Shown here in pieces: positions 45,812 to 62,215 of a stretch of 64,000 nucleotides of DNA (position 1 is its first letter; each line of letters begins with the position of its first letter). Source of the DNA: the human T2T-CHM13v2.0 reference genome, Homo sapiens; NCBI RefSeq assembly GCF_009914755.1, contig NC_060947.1; one strand, given 5' to 3'. Below the pieces are notes generated by a model that searched no databases, was not told the origin of the DNA, and worked only from the letters and a program-made list of their open reading frames with translations. Made by a program: the position numbers and the translations under genes.

Positions 45812-46182
45812 TGTTAGTCTGCTCTCAAGCTGCTACTAAAGATATACCCAAGACTGGGTATTTATGAAGAAAAATAGGTTTAATGGACTCACAGTTCCAC
45901 ATGGTTAAGGAGGCTTCACAATTATGACAGAAGGCAAAAGAGGAGCAAAGCACACCTTACATGGTAGCAGGCAAGAGAGCATGTATAGGGGAACTGCCCT
46001 TTATAAAACTGTCAGATCTTGTGAGACTTATTCACTATCACAATTCTTGTGATATTCAGCTTGGGAAAAACCCAATCACATGATTCAATTACCTCCCACC
46101 GGTTCCCTCCCATGACACGTGGGGATTATGAGAACTACAATTAAAGATGAGATTTGGGTGGGGACACAGCCAAACCATATCA
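45812..46182 (-). mobile_element. THE1 solo LTR
   Basis: Ends GATTTGGGTGGGGACACAGCCAAACCATATCA, reverse complement of the THE1 start. Confidence 0.93.
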
Positions 46183-46720
46183 TGGTCTTATCAACATCTT
46201 ATTCAGCCACTTTCTTTGGTTGACGAAATATATGCAAAAATAATTCATTGCTAAACTTAGTCACTGGGAATATTCTCACTTTTGAAAGCCACACGTTTCT
46301 AGATTTCTCCAATTATTTTTCATTTTATACTGCTCAGGATTGAAATGGACAGAGGATTAAGTAAAGTAGTAAAATAAATTAAAACAAAAGAGTAAATGAA
46401 AACTATGTTGTAAACCTGCAAAAGAGGCCACAAGAAAACAACTTTTCCGTGATGATAAAGTACTGGGTCTCCTAACATATTTGAACATGCACTTTATGTC
46501 CTGGTTGTGACTGATATGTTGAGTGGCAAAGGAAAAGCATAAGCCCATAAAATTTCCCTTTTAAAAATAGAAGTTATGCAGTTTGGCTAAAAGACAGCAT
46601 TGCCAGGCACCTCCATCTATTTGGAAATTAGTCCCAGCAGGTCATCTATTCTGTTTCTACCATGGGCTGGGAAAAATTTTTTAGTATGTGCTGGGAGTCA
46701 CCACCTTCAAAATCTTGGAA

Positions 46721-46721
46721 T

Positions 46722-46760
<39 letters not shown>

Positions 46761-46887
46761 TTGAGACAGAGTTTCACTCCCGTCTCCCAGTTTGGAGTGC
46801 AATGGCTCGGCTCACTGCAACCTCCGCCTCCCAGCTCTAGTGATTCTCCTGCCTCAGCCTCCCAAGTAGCTGCATCCAGCTAATTTT
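46721..46887 (-). mobile_element. Truncated Alu right arm with (TTTA)n tail
   Basis: TSD AAATCTTGGAA at 46710-46720 and 46888-46898. Confidence 0.88.
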
Positions 46888-47309
46888 AAATCTTGGAACT
46901 TATGTAAAATAACATACCTATATACTTTACAAACCAAAGGAATGCATTTAAAACATCATTTATGCTCTGCTTTTTCAAAAGAAATAAAACAAAATGCATG
47001 TTTTTATTTTAGATGGTACCTCTTCTGCATATATTAACAGTCTGTTCTCTTCTCCATGCCAATATCTAAGGCAAGGATCAGGTGGTATTTTTTTTTAAAA
47101 AGTATTCATGTCCTATTGATGATTTTTAAAAGTTGAATTTCATTTTCCCTTTTCCTTTGTGGAATTCACTAAAATATTGCAAACAAAGACGTAGTCATAA
47201 TCACAGGTGCAATGCTGAGGTCTATTAGTTAAGATGTACCTTAAGACAAACCAGGTCACAGCCTGTTGTGATGGCTTCCTGCTTTTTTGTGAAAGGAAGT
47301 ACCTAGGAT

Positions 47310-47400
47310 TGTGCATCTCAGAGTGCAATGTGCGTAGAACTCATCCTGGGATCTTGTTAAAAATATATATTCTGATTCTGTGATGCTGATGCTGCTTGTC
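47310..47400 (-). mobile_element. MER5-like remnant
   Basis: CCTGGGATCTTGTTAAAAAT...ATTCTGATTC...GTGATGCTGATGCTGCT. Confidence 0.55.
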
Positions 47401-48469
47401 GACAGCTATGTTTATCCATTCAGGAATCCAAGCTGCCTTCCTTTACAGGATGCAAGATTCATTTGAGAAACAAATGTGTTTGTCCCTCCACGTAAATATT
47501 TATTTGGAGAGTATTCATTTTTGTGAAGGGAAGAAAGGAGAACGGAATTTGCTTGTCAAGTATGCAGTTATGTGGTAGGGACTGTTAAACATATTCATTT
47601 AATTCTGACAAATACTATGCAAGTTGGGTGGTATTTTCCCACTTTGCCAGTGAGGGGAAAAAATGCTGAGAGTGATGTACTTGTCTAAGGTCAAAGCTTC
47701 TCTCCCTTGTATCACCCTGTCCCTAAGATTTCAATCTTATGACAGTGGCCAAAGATGCCATCTAATTCACCTGTTTGTCAATGTAATTTCTGCAGTTCTC
47801 AAAAGAAACATAATTCAAGCTAAAATGTTTTACCGCATTACATGAAATGTAATAGAGCCATATGACAGCATAACTTGCTATTTCATACCTCTGAATAGAA
47901 CACTGATCACTTTGTGTCCCTGAAAATGCAGCAACTGCACGCAGTAACAGCCTGATATCTCACCCTTAAGCGGGAAAGCAGGGGTTATTGTTGTTCTCTG
48001 ACCCCACCAGGTCTGAGGTGAAGTCACTTTAGTCACTTACCTCTGGCCAGGCCTCCCGAATGCCAAAGAAAGCTAATCTACCAGTTGTTTGATCAAAATG
48101 ATGCCAATAAATCAGTTGATATTCACCGTTAAACTGTCCTGCCGCTAAAGCTAAGTCAAAAGGACATGGAGATACTGGGTATGAAACACTTCAAACAGGC
48201 ATTCAAAGAAAACACATTTTCAATTTGTCATGTATCCAAGATGACCCAAGTTCTATCAGTAAACAAGTTTCTTTAAGAAAGAAAAAGGGAGCCGGAGACA
48301 GAAGCCAGTATATATAGCCAACATTTCAAAGCAACTTTGTTTCTGCTGGATCAGGAAAACAGATCTCATTCTGCCTGGGAATAAGGGAACTAATAAGAGG
48401 TAAACAGTACAATCCAGCTATTCCACCAAATTCAACTCACTGGGCAATTACAGAACACCTGGTACATAT

Positions 48470-49266
<797 letters not shown>

Positions 49267-49498
49267 TTATATGAATCCTAAATTACACTCACAAAAATTA
49301 CCCACTAAAATATCACCCAGCTTTGGTATAATGCTGTAAAAAAAGCCAAGCCAATGTTGTATGTACAATCTAAAAACTTCAGTATCACCCTATCAGTTAT
49401 TAAGGCACACTACAAAGCCTGAGTGATAAAAAAAAAACAGTCTAGTATTGACCCGGAAAACAGACCAATAAATTGAGCACTCAGAAACAGTCATACAT

Positions 49499-49499
49499 G

Positions 49500-49527
<28 letters not shown>
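49499..49527. repeat. (CA)n microsatellite
   Basis: About 14 AC units. Confidence 0.95.
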
Positions 49528-49531
<4 letters not shown>

Positions 49532-49559
49532 CAGCTATGTATTGCTATGTAACCAACTA

Positions 49560-50640
49560 CCCTTCCCTCTCTTAGTCTATGCATTACAGAGTAGCCAGAA
49601 TGATCCATTTAAAACTATAAATCAGATTACGTCACTCATGTGCTCAAAATCCTACAATGGCTTCTCAAAACACTCAAAAGAAAATCTAAAGTCCCTGGGA
49701 TGGCCTATAAAAGGCATTCCATATTCTGGCACTTGGTGCCTCTCCAAACTCATCTTTTAATACTTTCTCCTTTGCTTACTCAGCTCCAGCCACTTCCGTG
49801 TCCATCCTTTAACCCACTTATCTATCTCAGGCAACCTACTGTGTCGTAGGCATGAAATACAGTCCCATGTATAGCCAGCCCTGTACAATAAGGCCCACAT
49901 TCCTAGGCTGACATTCAAGGTCCTTCATGCTCAGGTCCCAGCCTAAGTTTTCCACTCTTATCTCTGACATTCCCTCACTGTGCAACCTATTAGTGCTCTG
50001 GTCCTGTTGTTTAAAATTTTTGTGCTTATCAATTTAATACCTTTCTTTTTTCCCCAAAATGAAATTTTATATGGGACCCTAATGTAGAAAATAGATCAAG
50101 GCGGAGGTACTTTAGTTGAAATTGTGGTAGGTGTCCTGGGTTTCCTCAAATTTGACTTCCCTCCTTCTCTGCAGTACGCCCTGAAGTAGCTAACAAATTC
50201 AATTTGAAAATTATATTTTAGCCAAGCTGAAATACTCTACTTCTTCCAGTGCCTCTGAGCACCCTGTGTCACCCAACCTGAATGTCCTTCATGACCATTT
50301 GTCCAAATCCTACCTAGACTCAAGGTTGGCACCAGTCAAATATCACCTCCTCTATGAAGTTTTCTTTGGTCTCATCAGACATGACACTTTTCCCCTCTGA
50401 ACTTTGTTCATACATCTTCTATGACCCGTACTTCCTCGTTTTCTGTATTAGGGAGACTGGCTTATAAATTGTTAATCTTACTAGGCTGAAAGCTTCTTTT
50501 TAACAAGTGGGCAGCTAGTGTTTGCTGAGTGAATGATTCATCTTTGTAGCCCCAATAGTCCTAGTGCAATGTCTTGTACCCAGTAGGTGCTCAATACACA
50601 TTTGTTTGTTGGATGAATGAATGGGTGAGTGAATGAATGA
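49560..50640 (+). mobile_element. Several L2 remnants
   Basis: GTAGCCAGAATGATCCATTTAAAAC...CTCAAAATCCTACAATGGCTTC; tail CAGTAGGTGCTCAATAC...GAATGAATGA. Confidence 0.7.
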
Positions 50641-52000
50641 GTTTTCTACATTATATGAAGCAAAACCAATTTTTGGTTGAGCTTATATAGCTTGTTGTTT
50701 GTTTCTTCCTTTTTATGGTCATAAAAACAGACAATGCATCCAGTCCCCTGTGGCTCCTGAAGACTTCAGTAAGCTGCCAAATAACATTACTGAATTTATT
50801 ATTGCATTAATGAAAAGCTTATAGCAAAATTATCCTAGTGAGGAAATGATCCTTTTGGCGACTTCAATTTTAACTGTTGAGGCAACATTAGTTTTAAATG
50901 AAATAAAACATCTCATTGTGTAGACTTCTCACAGCTGATAAATATGCCAGAAGGAGTTTGTCCCAGGGTACCTTGCAATAGATGCAAATAGGAAGAAACT
51001 CACCATGGCAAACTGAAGAAAAGGGAGGCATGCTGTGTGACCTTAGAAAAGTCTCTCTCCCTCTTGGGGCCTCCATTTCTCAGTTTTATAGTGTGTAAGT
51101 GGAGTTTCATTTCAACGATCTCCAAGTTTCCCTCCAGCCCAAACCATCTATGGTTCTTTCAGATTTTAAGCAGGATACCAGTTTCCACTGGACAGAGTCT
51201 CAGATAGCTACCCCCCTTAAGAAGATGACATTTGGTCCCAATCTTTATTGAGGACCCATTTGTAGTAATGCTGCTAGGTCTGAGGGACATAGCTAGTTTT
51301 GAACCTGTCCCTTGCCAATGACCCACTAAATATATTTCCACAGCAGGATACATTCCTTACTAGAGATCTGTCTACAAAAGAAGAGCCATGTTCACAAGCC
51401 ATTCTACTGGATAAGTCACACCACTTGCCCCCAAATATCCAAGTGATTAAAAGATGTGGGACCACTAGCCACAGCCGGTACCTGTTGCCACACTCAATCA
51501 TTGGGTTGTCTCAACCACATACTGCAGAAGCAAGAGACCTTGCTACATTCCATGATCCGTGGACACCATTATCTCCTGGAGCCTGTGCCAGGGATCTGCG
51601 GGCAGTTGTTTGTCATTGCTCAGTGGGTGAAGCTGCCTCCCCACATTTGCATCTCCTTTCCCTACACAGGTATAAGGAGTCCATTCTCTGAGCGCCATGC
51701 CTGAAAGCTCCACAGTGAGTCTGGCTGAAGTAGTACCTTTGTTCTCAGCAACTTATATCTATTCCTATCATTGGCACCAGAGAAATAGTAAACTTTCTGT
51801 TCAAGCAGTGTAGCAGGCATGGCTCTGCACCCAATAGACATGGGTTTGAAACCTAGTTTCATCAGTAACTAACTGCGTGACCCTCATCAAGTTACTTTCC
51901 TTCTCTGACCTTCAGTTTCCTCACATGTGAAATGTGGATGATCTTTTTTAATTTAAAATTTTAAACCCGTTTTATTGAAGTATGATTGACAAATAAAACA

Positions 52001-52294
<294 letters not shown>

Positions 52295-52297
52295 AAA

Positions 52298-52701
52298 TTT
52301 TTTTTTAACTTTTAGCTTAGGTAGGTTCAGGGGTACATGTGCAAGTTTGTTATAAAGGTAAACTGCATGTCATGGGGGTTTTTTGTGTGAAAAATTTTGT
52401 CACCAAGGTAATAAGCATAGCACTTCATAAGTAGTTTTTTGATCCTCTTCCTCCTCCCAACCTCTACCCTCAAGTAGGCCCTGGTGTCTGTTGTTCCCTT
52501 CTCTGTGTCCATATGTACTCAAAGTTTTTCTCCCACTTATAAGTGAGAACATGTGGTATTTGGTTTTCTGTTTCTGTGTTATTAATAGTTTGCTTAGGAT
52601 CATGGTCTCCAGCTTCATCCATATTGATACAAAGGGCATGATCTCATTCTTTTTTATGGGTATGTAGTATTCTGTGGTGTATATGTACATTTTCTTTATA
52701 C
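52298..52701 (-). mobile_element. Older L1PA (about PA15/16) 3' end
   Basis: GGTTCAGGGGTACATGTGCAAGTTTG and ACCCTCAAGTAGGCCCTGGTGTCTG. Confidence 0.85.
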
Positions 52702-52959
52702 ATGTGGATGATTAATGGCACCTTCCTCAAAGGATGGATGTAAGGAATCAATGAACTGATGCTTGTAATAAAAAATTTAGAACAGTAACTCACATATAAT
52801 AATATGTCAACAAATATTTACTATCACCACTACTATTAACAATATAGTTTTCTAAGTACAATGAAGCCCCACTAATTCTGATTAAGGTGTCAGTGAGTAA
52901 TGTTTGGGAGGTAGAGAGATTCCTGCCATAATTCATTACAAGGATATTAAAATCAGATG

Positions 52960-53190
52960 TATATAGGGCTTACCATATACCCATTATAAGTATGTTACAT
53001 ACATTAATTCCCACATCAACTCTATGAAGTAGGCATCATTATTACTCTTATTATTGTCATCATATTACAGAAACAAAGAGGTTAAGAAACTTATCCACAG
53101 TCACACAGTTAAGTGGAAAAGTTGGGGCATGATTGCAAGTCATCTGGTTTCAGGGCCTGCATACTTAACCCCATTGCTACATTGCCTTTA
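52960..53190 (-). mobile_element. MIR
   Basis: AACTCTATGAAGTAGG...AGAGGTTAAGAAACTTATCCACAGTCACACAG. Confidence 0.7.
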
Positions 53191-54864
53191 CGTAACTAAC
53201 TATTGATGATGTGAATGGAAATGCAGCTTTATTACCTCAAACTTAGGGTTGTAACCCTTCCAGTCACTTATGCTATCTTCTCCTGTAACAAATGGGAGCT
53301 AATTAATTATAATTAGCACATTATTCATGTGAAATCCTTGCAGGCAAACTGCTTCCACTAGAGGTAGAAAGTGACAAGAAATGTATTTGTTTCCCCTGAT
53401 GAGAAGGGAAATGTTTCTTCTATCCTGATTCACTGTGGCTGGGCTTATCCAATCCCCCTTTCCATCAATGGTAGACTCCAGCTCAGCACACACAAAAGCA
53501 GTGCTTCTATGAGAGATGACTCTTATCTACACACTTAATTAAGACTTGCTCATTAAAGTATTTACGAGATTCTTTGAAGCTGTTTCTTATGCACTTTTCC
53601 CCAAAAGCAACCAGTCTGCTCAGTTAATTCAGGAAAGAAATCAAGTTGGGTTTATTTTCATTCAACAAGCAATTACAACATGCCAGGTGCTATTCTAAAA
53701 GCTTGACATGCATCATCTCCTTTAATTCCCAATTCACCCCAATAAGTTAGGTCCTATTATTTTTATCTCCACTTTGAAAAAAAAAATTGAAAAGTTGTGA
53801 CTTTACTAGAAACCACACAGAGAGTAGCAAGGGGGGCCCTTGTCCTTGGTTTTGTGCTTGAGAGGGCTTTGCTCTGGCTGCACTCTAGCTGTGACCCTCC
53901 CATAGGGCAAGAAATCTGCAGGGCCAAGGAAAAGTGTCCACCCAGAGACTGGGCTCCTTCTATACGCTTTTAGAGCATAAATACCTGGGACCCCACATTT
54001 TCCTGCCCAAATGAGTCCAAACACACTTCCAGGGCTGAGTGGAACTCTTCCTTGTAACCATCCTCTCAAGGGCAAACAGTGACACTGCTAGTGTGAGCAT
54101 CCCTTGGTCGGAAGGGTGACCAAGGGATGGCTGTTTGTTGGTTTTTTTGATGATTTCTGGATGTGAGAGCTGAGGCTGGCATTTCCATGAAGCCTCCTGT
54201 GATGAGGAATAAAATCCAGGGTAAGAAGGGAAGAGAGAGAAGGTACAGGCCAGGGGATTGGGGCAAGGGACCACCTCTCCCCATGTGGCCATGTTCCAGA
54301 AGTCCAAAAAGTACAAGAACTTTAAATTTTAGCTTGGCTTTTCAAATTGTTGTGAATGTGCATTTCGAAGGTAAAAAGAACATTTTCTATGTCAGTCTGC
54401 CAGTTTGAGCAAACTCTTGTCCTAGCTTTACAGATGTCAGGGTCAGGCTTGCACCCCCATGTCCACCAGACACAACTGTATGCTTCTTTAGGGATCCGTT
54501 CAAATCCCACTTCTTCCAGAAAGTTCTTCCAGAGGACACCCACCAGAATTGTTTTTCCTCTCTCCTCTTGTGGCAGCTTTTCTCCTGGCCTGCCTGGCCA
54601 CACTTATCTAAGCTTCCCTCTGTCTTCCCCATGAGACTGTGGCCTAAGATCAGAGACTCATCCATCTGCTTGCCCCTCAGTGCCCAGTAGAGTGCCTTGC
54701 CCAAAATGCATGTCTGAAGATGTTTGTTGATTGAAAATATGAGAAGGGAGAAAAGAGAGGCAGCACTTCTTGGGGAGAAAGGAAAGAATGTAGAGCAATC
54801 AGAAAAATCCTTGACATAGGGTCAGGTGAACTCATAAGGGTTTTTCCTTTTGTTGTTGTTGTTT

Positions 54865-55430
<566 letters not shown>

Positions 55431-56183
55431 TTATCAAGAATTTGGTATCACCAAGCCCAGCGGAGCAACCACTGGAAACTGATATGATCGGAGCAGAATC
55501 ACTTCTAGCAGCTGCAGAGGCTTGCAGGACAGAAGCTCATGCAAACTGGTAGCCTGTGTGTGAGCAGGAAGGCAGGCTTTCTCCTTCCCACTGTGATCCT
55601 CAGGGGCAAGGAGCTGGGGAAGCATGGGGCCCATGGTCGTGGCTTCTCACAGCGCTGGCCATCTTTCTTTGCTCATTTCAAACCCTGCACTTAGTGATTT
55701 TAGACACCTTTGTGCACATCCATACTGACTTGTCTTAATTCTGTCAAAGGCTTCTCTTTCTCCCCTGGAGCTGTCTGGGAATTCTGGTTCATTGTTGCTG
55801 GCCGTTTTTTACTTCCTTTGTGCTTAACTTGTTGAAATACTAAAGGGGTTGGACAGTGTCAGACAATATGGCCCCCGTCACGCCACATTTTACATTGAAA
55901 TCATTTTTAAGGGCTTTGCTCCTTGACACAGATGGTCTCCATATCCTAGGAGATGGTCTTTTGGCACGAAAATGAAAAAGCTGTGCCCCCTGTGAATCAA
56001 GAAACTTTGCGAGTTTATTCTAGCTCAAGTCAAACGAACACTTCATTGTCTCAGGGCCTCTTAGTTTCTCCTCTTGTAGGGAGCATTTTTGACTCCTCTC
56101 GTTAAACACATGGATGAGTTTGCACTCCTCTTTCTCACCTCATGGTGGGCCCCTATTCACACTAAGGCTCCTCCCCTTTTCTA

Positions 56184-56618
<435 letters not shown>

Positions 56619-57200
56619 TCACAGCCTGCTGCTAATTGTTCCATTCTTGCCTATTTTAGTCCTGTAATTGCCACCACTTGGAAGCCTGAATTTTTCCCCC
56701 CTTTTTTCTTGGAGTCATCACTGGAATCACTTTCTTTTTAGTGACCTTTGGGCTTCTTCAGTAATTAATATCTCTCTTACAGTAAGAGATGTAAGCAAAT
56801 CTATAATCACCCTTCCAATCTCTTTTCCTGACTTGTTTGATACTTCACTGACTCTGGTTCTGTGGCGTAGGTAGCATATCACTGTACTCATTCCATTTCA
56901 CCCTACTTAGTTCCCAGGAAGTCTTTGTTTTCCATCTATCTTATGGATTTTGTACTCACTGGGCCAAACTGACATCAAACACAATTCTCCTAGAAAACAC
57001 TCCTTTTCCACTTCATTGATGTTTTCCACAGTTCTCCTTCACAGCACATATATCCAATCTGTTCAGTGACTGCAGTACTAAATATTTAGTAGCTATTCTC
57101 TTTTTCCTCACTACTAAGTTCCAGGACAGGGATGGCAACTGGGCAATAGTAAGCCCTCAAGAAATATTAGAAAGGAAAGAAATGAATGAATGAACTGTCA

Positions 57201-57321
57201 TTTTTTGACACAGCATTTCACTGTATTGCCAGGCTAAACTACAAGTCCTGGGCTCAAGCAATTCTCCCACCTCAGCCTCCCAAGTAGCTGGCACTTCAGG
57301 CACAGGCCACGACGCCTGGCT
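57201..57321 (-). mobile_element. FLAM monomer within an L2 tail
   Basis: Monomer flanked by TGAATGAA on both sides. Confidence 0.78.
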
Positions 57322-57504
57322 TGAATGAATATTCCTGAATGAATTTCTGATGGCATTTCTTTTATGGCTTCTAAAATATGGTCTCCTTTTACTCTCTTTC
57401 AGTTTGTTTTCTTAATTATTACAAACCAAATCAATTGTTCCTTGGGAAAAACTCTTCTTGCTCCACAATTCCATATATTTCAAGCCAGACACTTTTTTAA
57501 AGCT

Positions 57505-57606
57505 AATATATATATATAATGTATATAATCATATATTATAATATATAATGTATAATATCTCTCAAATATATATCTCTCTAATATATACATATTATATTAT
57601 ATATAT
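57505..57606. repeat. TA-rich low-complexity tract
   Basis: Interrupted TATA/TATAAT runs. Confidence 0.85.
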
Positions 57607-58219
57607 GCATTTGTCTGTGCATGGCTTCTTAAATCTACAATTTTAGGAGATCAGTGGATTTTTGTTTTCATGGGAAATTTTTTTCATCAGGCTTTAATTT
57701 GCATCGCCCAAACTACAATGTAAAACATTCTTTATAAAAACGAATCAATATTAAATACTTTTTAGTAGTGTCAGTGACCTTGTAGGTACTGTTACCTGGT
57801 GGCAGAAAATATTTAAGTGTGTGTAGGTATGTTAGTGTGTATATGTGTGAGTTGCATTTAAAAATTATGAAAAATACAAGCAAATTCAAGGAGTTGTATG
57901 GACCTGGCAGTAAAAGATATTTGAATTTCTCTCTCACTCTGTCTTGTTTTAAGATATTAAGTTGAACCTTCCAAGAATGAGAGATTCCAATAAGAGCAAT
58001 TCTGATCTCAAAAGCATCTATTTCAAAGGCTTCTGAATAATAAAAACTTTAAGCTTAGATGAATGGAATGCAACCATCGCATTTTATGTTCAAATGTAGT
58101 CAGACCTGGATTAAAATGCCAGCTCTGCTAATTGTTAGCTGTATGAGATTGGGAAATTTACTTTACCTGTCTGCACCTCTAATTCTCTCTATTTTCTCAT
58201 CTGTAAAACAGGATAAACA

Positions 58220-59085
<866 letters not shown>

Positions 59086-59234
59086 TTAGTATCTGGACTA
59101 TACAAAGATCTTCTTAAAATCAACTAAAAGAAAACTAACAACCCGGAAGAAATATGGGCAAAGTATATGATGAAGCAACTCAGAGAAAAGGAAACCTGAA
59201 TGGTAAATAAACACATGAAACAATGTTAACTCTC

Positions 59235-59814
59235 TGCTATGGTCTGAATGTTTGTGTCCCTCCAAAATTCAAATGTTAAATCTTAATCCCCAATGTGTTG
59301 GTATTAGAAGATGGAGACTTTGGGAGGTGACTAGGTCATGAGAGCTTTGGTCAGAAATGTAACGTGTAGTGATCAAGTCAGGGTATTTAGGGTGTCCATC
59401 ACCTGAATATAATACATTGGTAAGTATAGTCACCCTACTCTGCTATCAAACATTAAATTTATTCCTTCTATCTTGCTTTAGGTTTGTACCCTTTAGCCCA
59501 CTTTTCATTCTCCCCGAGGTTTCACCATGTTGGCCCGGCTGGTCTTGAACTCTTGATCTGCTGGGCCATGAATGAAACTAGGAACCTTATAAAAGAGACC
59601 AGAGGGAGCTAGCTACTCCCTTCCTTCATATGAGTATGCAGCAGCAAGAAGGCACCATCTCCGAAGTAGAGAGCAAGCCCTCACCAGATGCTAAAACTGC
59701 CAGCACCTTAATGATGAATTTCCAGCCTCCAGAACTGGGAAAAATAGATTTCTGTTGTTTATAAATTGCCCAGTCTAAGGTATTTTGTTATAGCAGCCTG
59801 AACAGACTAAGACA
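59235..59814 (+). mobile_element. MST/MLT1A-type solo LTR with a 223-bp internal insertion
   Basis: TGCTATGGTCTGAATGTTTGTGTCCC ... ACAGACTAAGACA; TSD CTCTC at 59230-59234 and 59815-59819. Confidence 0.92.
59357..59515 (-). repeat. Inverted 159-bp copy of 60405-60563
   Basis: About 6 mismatches, no gaps. Confidence 0.95.
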
Positions 59815-59924
59815 CTCTCCCTAGTTACTATGGAAATAAGAATTATGACCATGAAAAATACATGATTGCCCATGATCCAATTGGCAAAAATATTAAAGTC
59901 CAGCAATGTAAAATATGGCAAGAA

Positions 59925-60618
59925 ACTATGGAAAACACCGTGGAGATTTCTGAAAGCATTAAAAATAGAATTACCAACTGACCCAGCAATCCCACTCCTG
60001 GGTATCTACTCAAAGAATAAGAAGTCAATAAAAAAAATAAGAAGAAGAAGTCGGTATACTGAAGGAGTACTTGCACTTACATTTTTATTGCAGTACTATT
60101 CACAATAGCCAAGATATAGAATCAACCTAACTGTTCATCAACAGATGAATGAATAAAGAAATTGGGGTACATAATACACAATGGAGTACTATTCAGCCAT
60201 AAGAAAGAATGAAATCCTGTCATTTGCAACAACATGGATGGAACTCGAGGTCATTATGTTAAATGAAATAAGCCAGGCACAGAAAGACAAACTTCTCACG
60301 TTCTCGCTTATATGTGGGAGCTAAAAAATTTGGACACTTGGAGGTAGAAAGTGGAAAAGTGAGTAACAGATACTGGGAAGGGTGAGTGACAGGGTGAGGG
60401 GAAAGGGGAGAATGAAAAGTGGACTAAAGGGTACAAACATAAAGCAAGATAGAAGGAATAAATTTAATGTTTGATAGCAGAGTAGGGTGACTATACTTAC
60501 CAATGTATTGTATTCAGGTGATAGACACCCTAAATACCCTGACTTGATCACTGCACATTACATACATGTAACAAAAATTTCTTATGTACCCCATCAATCT
60601 TCACAAATTTTGTAAAAG
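59925..60618 (+). mobile_element. L1PB/L1MA-type 3' end
   Basis: CTATGGAAAACACCGTGGAGATTTC, GACCCAGCAATCCCACTCCTGGG, GATAGAAGGAATAAATT. Confidence 0.88.
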
Positions 60619-61339
60619 GCAAATCCAAACATGCTTTCTTAAAAATCAATCACTAAAATATGACAAGGAGATAGAAAAATAGACTCTTTCATACATTACA
60701 GATGGGGGTGTAAATATGAAGTCTGTTTTATCAATATCTAGTGAAGTTGAGGATGTTCATACTACATGATCCAACAATCCCACTTCTTGATATCTACAAG
60801 AAGACATGTGCAAGCATGTCCACTATAACATTGTTTATAACAGCAAAGAACTGAAGGCAAAATGCCCACCAAGAGGGAGATGACTAAATAAATTGTAGTA
60901 TATATACACAATGGAATACTACGTAGCAGTGAATATAAACAAACTAAAGCAACACGCTGTAACATGAATGCATCTCAGAAATCTATCATTGACCCAAAAC
61001 CTACCTGCAATAGGAGGCACATAGTACGTAAGTAAGCATCTCTATAAAGTTAAAAACATGTTAAAAAATATTATTTCTTTTTTAGAGACTCATACAAATA
61101 TGTTGTACAAATACATGCCTGCAATAAAATTTTAAAGACCTGAATGGGAATGATAAACACCAAATTCTAGAAAGTGGTTACCTCTGTGGTGTAGGGGGAA
61201 AGGAGATCAATGTGATCATGGCGGAGTACACACGGGCTTCAACTACATTTCTTCTGTTATATTTCTTCAGCTGGAAGATGAATACACAATTGTGAATTAT
61301 GCTATTATCTAAAGGTCTAAAATATTTAAATTCAAAAAA

Positions 61340-61435
61340 CACCTATCTCACAGTATTGTTGTAAGGTTTAAATGAGGTAATAGGTTTAAAATTTTCAGCA
61401 CAGTGTTTGGTACCTAGCAAGTGCTCTGTAAGTAT
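61340..61435 (+). mobile_element. MIR 3' half (5' half at ~58095-58219)
   Basis: ACCTATCTCACAGTATTGTTGTAAGGTTTAAATGAGGTAA continues the MIR consensus from CTCATCTGTAAAACAGGATAA. Confidence 0.7.
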
Positions 61436-61768
61436 CAATTCCCTACCACCGTAACCCACACACATACACCCCTTTGCCTCCCACCACGGCCTTTAAATTT
61501 GTAAACATCATCTGGTGGCTACATAAGACTCCAGACACCTAAGCCTGCTTTATACATTCTTACCTTATCCTGCAGCTTCTCTCCTTTATATTCTCTCTGT
61601 TGAGCTGGGCTAAGGAAGTTTGTCTCTTAGAGCTAACTAAACTAAGTCCCTCATCTTATAATTTCCACTAGTTTTCTCTTCTGCCTTGGTTGGAGATTGG
61701 AAGTTATAATCTACTCCAAAAGGGTCCCAACTGTACACAACCCAGTCTTCCCAATATGGTTTGAGAAA

Positions 61769-62215
61769 TGTTTCAGTTACCTATTGCTGTGTAACAAACC
61801 ATCCAATACTTGGTGGCTTACAACAGCAACTGCCTTATTTGCTCATGATTTTTCAATTTCAGCTGGGTTCATTTAGGTGGTTCTTCTGCTTGTCTTTTGT
61901 GTGGTGGCATTCAGCTGTTAGTGCAGCTAGGACCAGGCTCAGCTCAGATGTTGGCATAGCTGGGACACTCTCTCTCCATGTAATCTCAAAGCTTCTCCCT
62001 CTCTGTGTGGACTCTCCACATGTTTACTGCAGCAGAGTAACTGGACTTCTCACATGGTTGCTCAAAGCTCTCAAGAGCACAAAAACAAAAACAGTCAAGC
62101 CGTATTAAGGCTTAAGACCCAGAACGGACACAGTGTCATTTCTGCTGCATTTTACTGGTTAAATCAATTCCCAGCCCAGATGCAAGGGGAGAGAAATATG
62201 CACTGATGTGAATAC
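61769..62215 (-). mobile_element. Old MLT1 solo LTR
   Basis: CAGTTACCTATTGCTGTGTAACAAACCATCC and TGTCATTTCTGCTGCATTTTACTGGTTAAA. Confidence 0.8.

Noticed and set aside
53352-53370. CTCF-like motif CCACTAGAGGTAG (another partial match near 62578)
   Set aside because: Mismatches at core positions; not supportable without a PWM scan or ChIP data.
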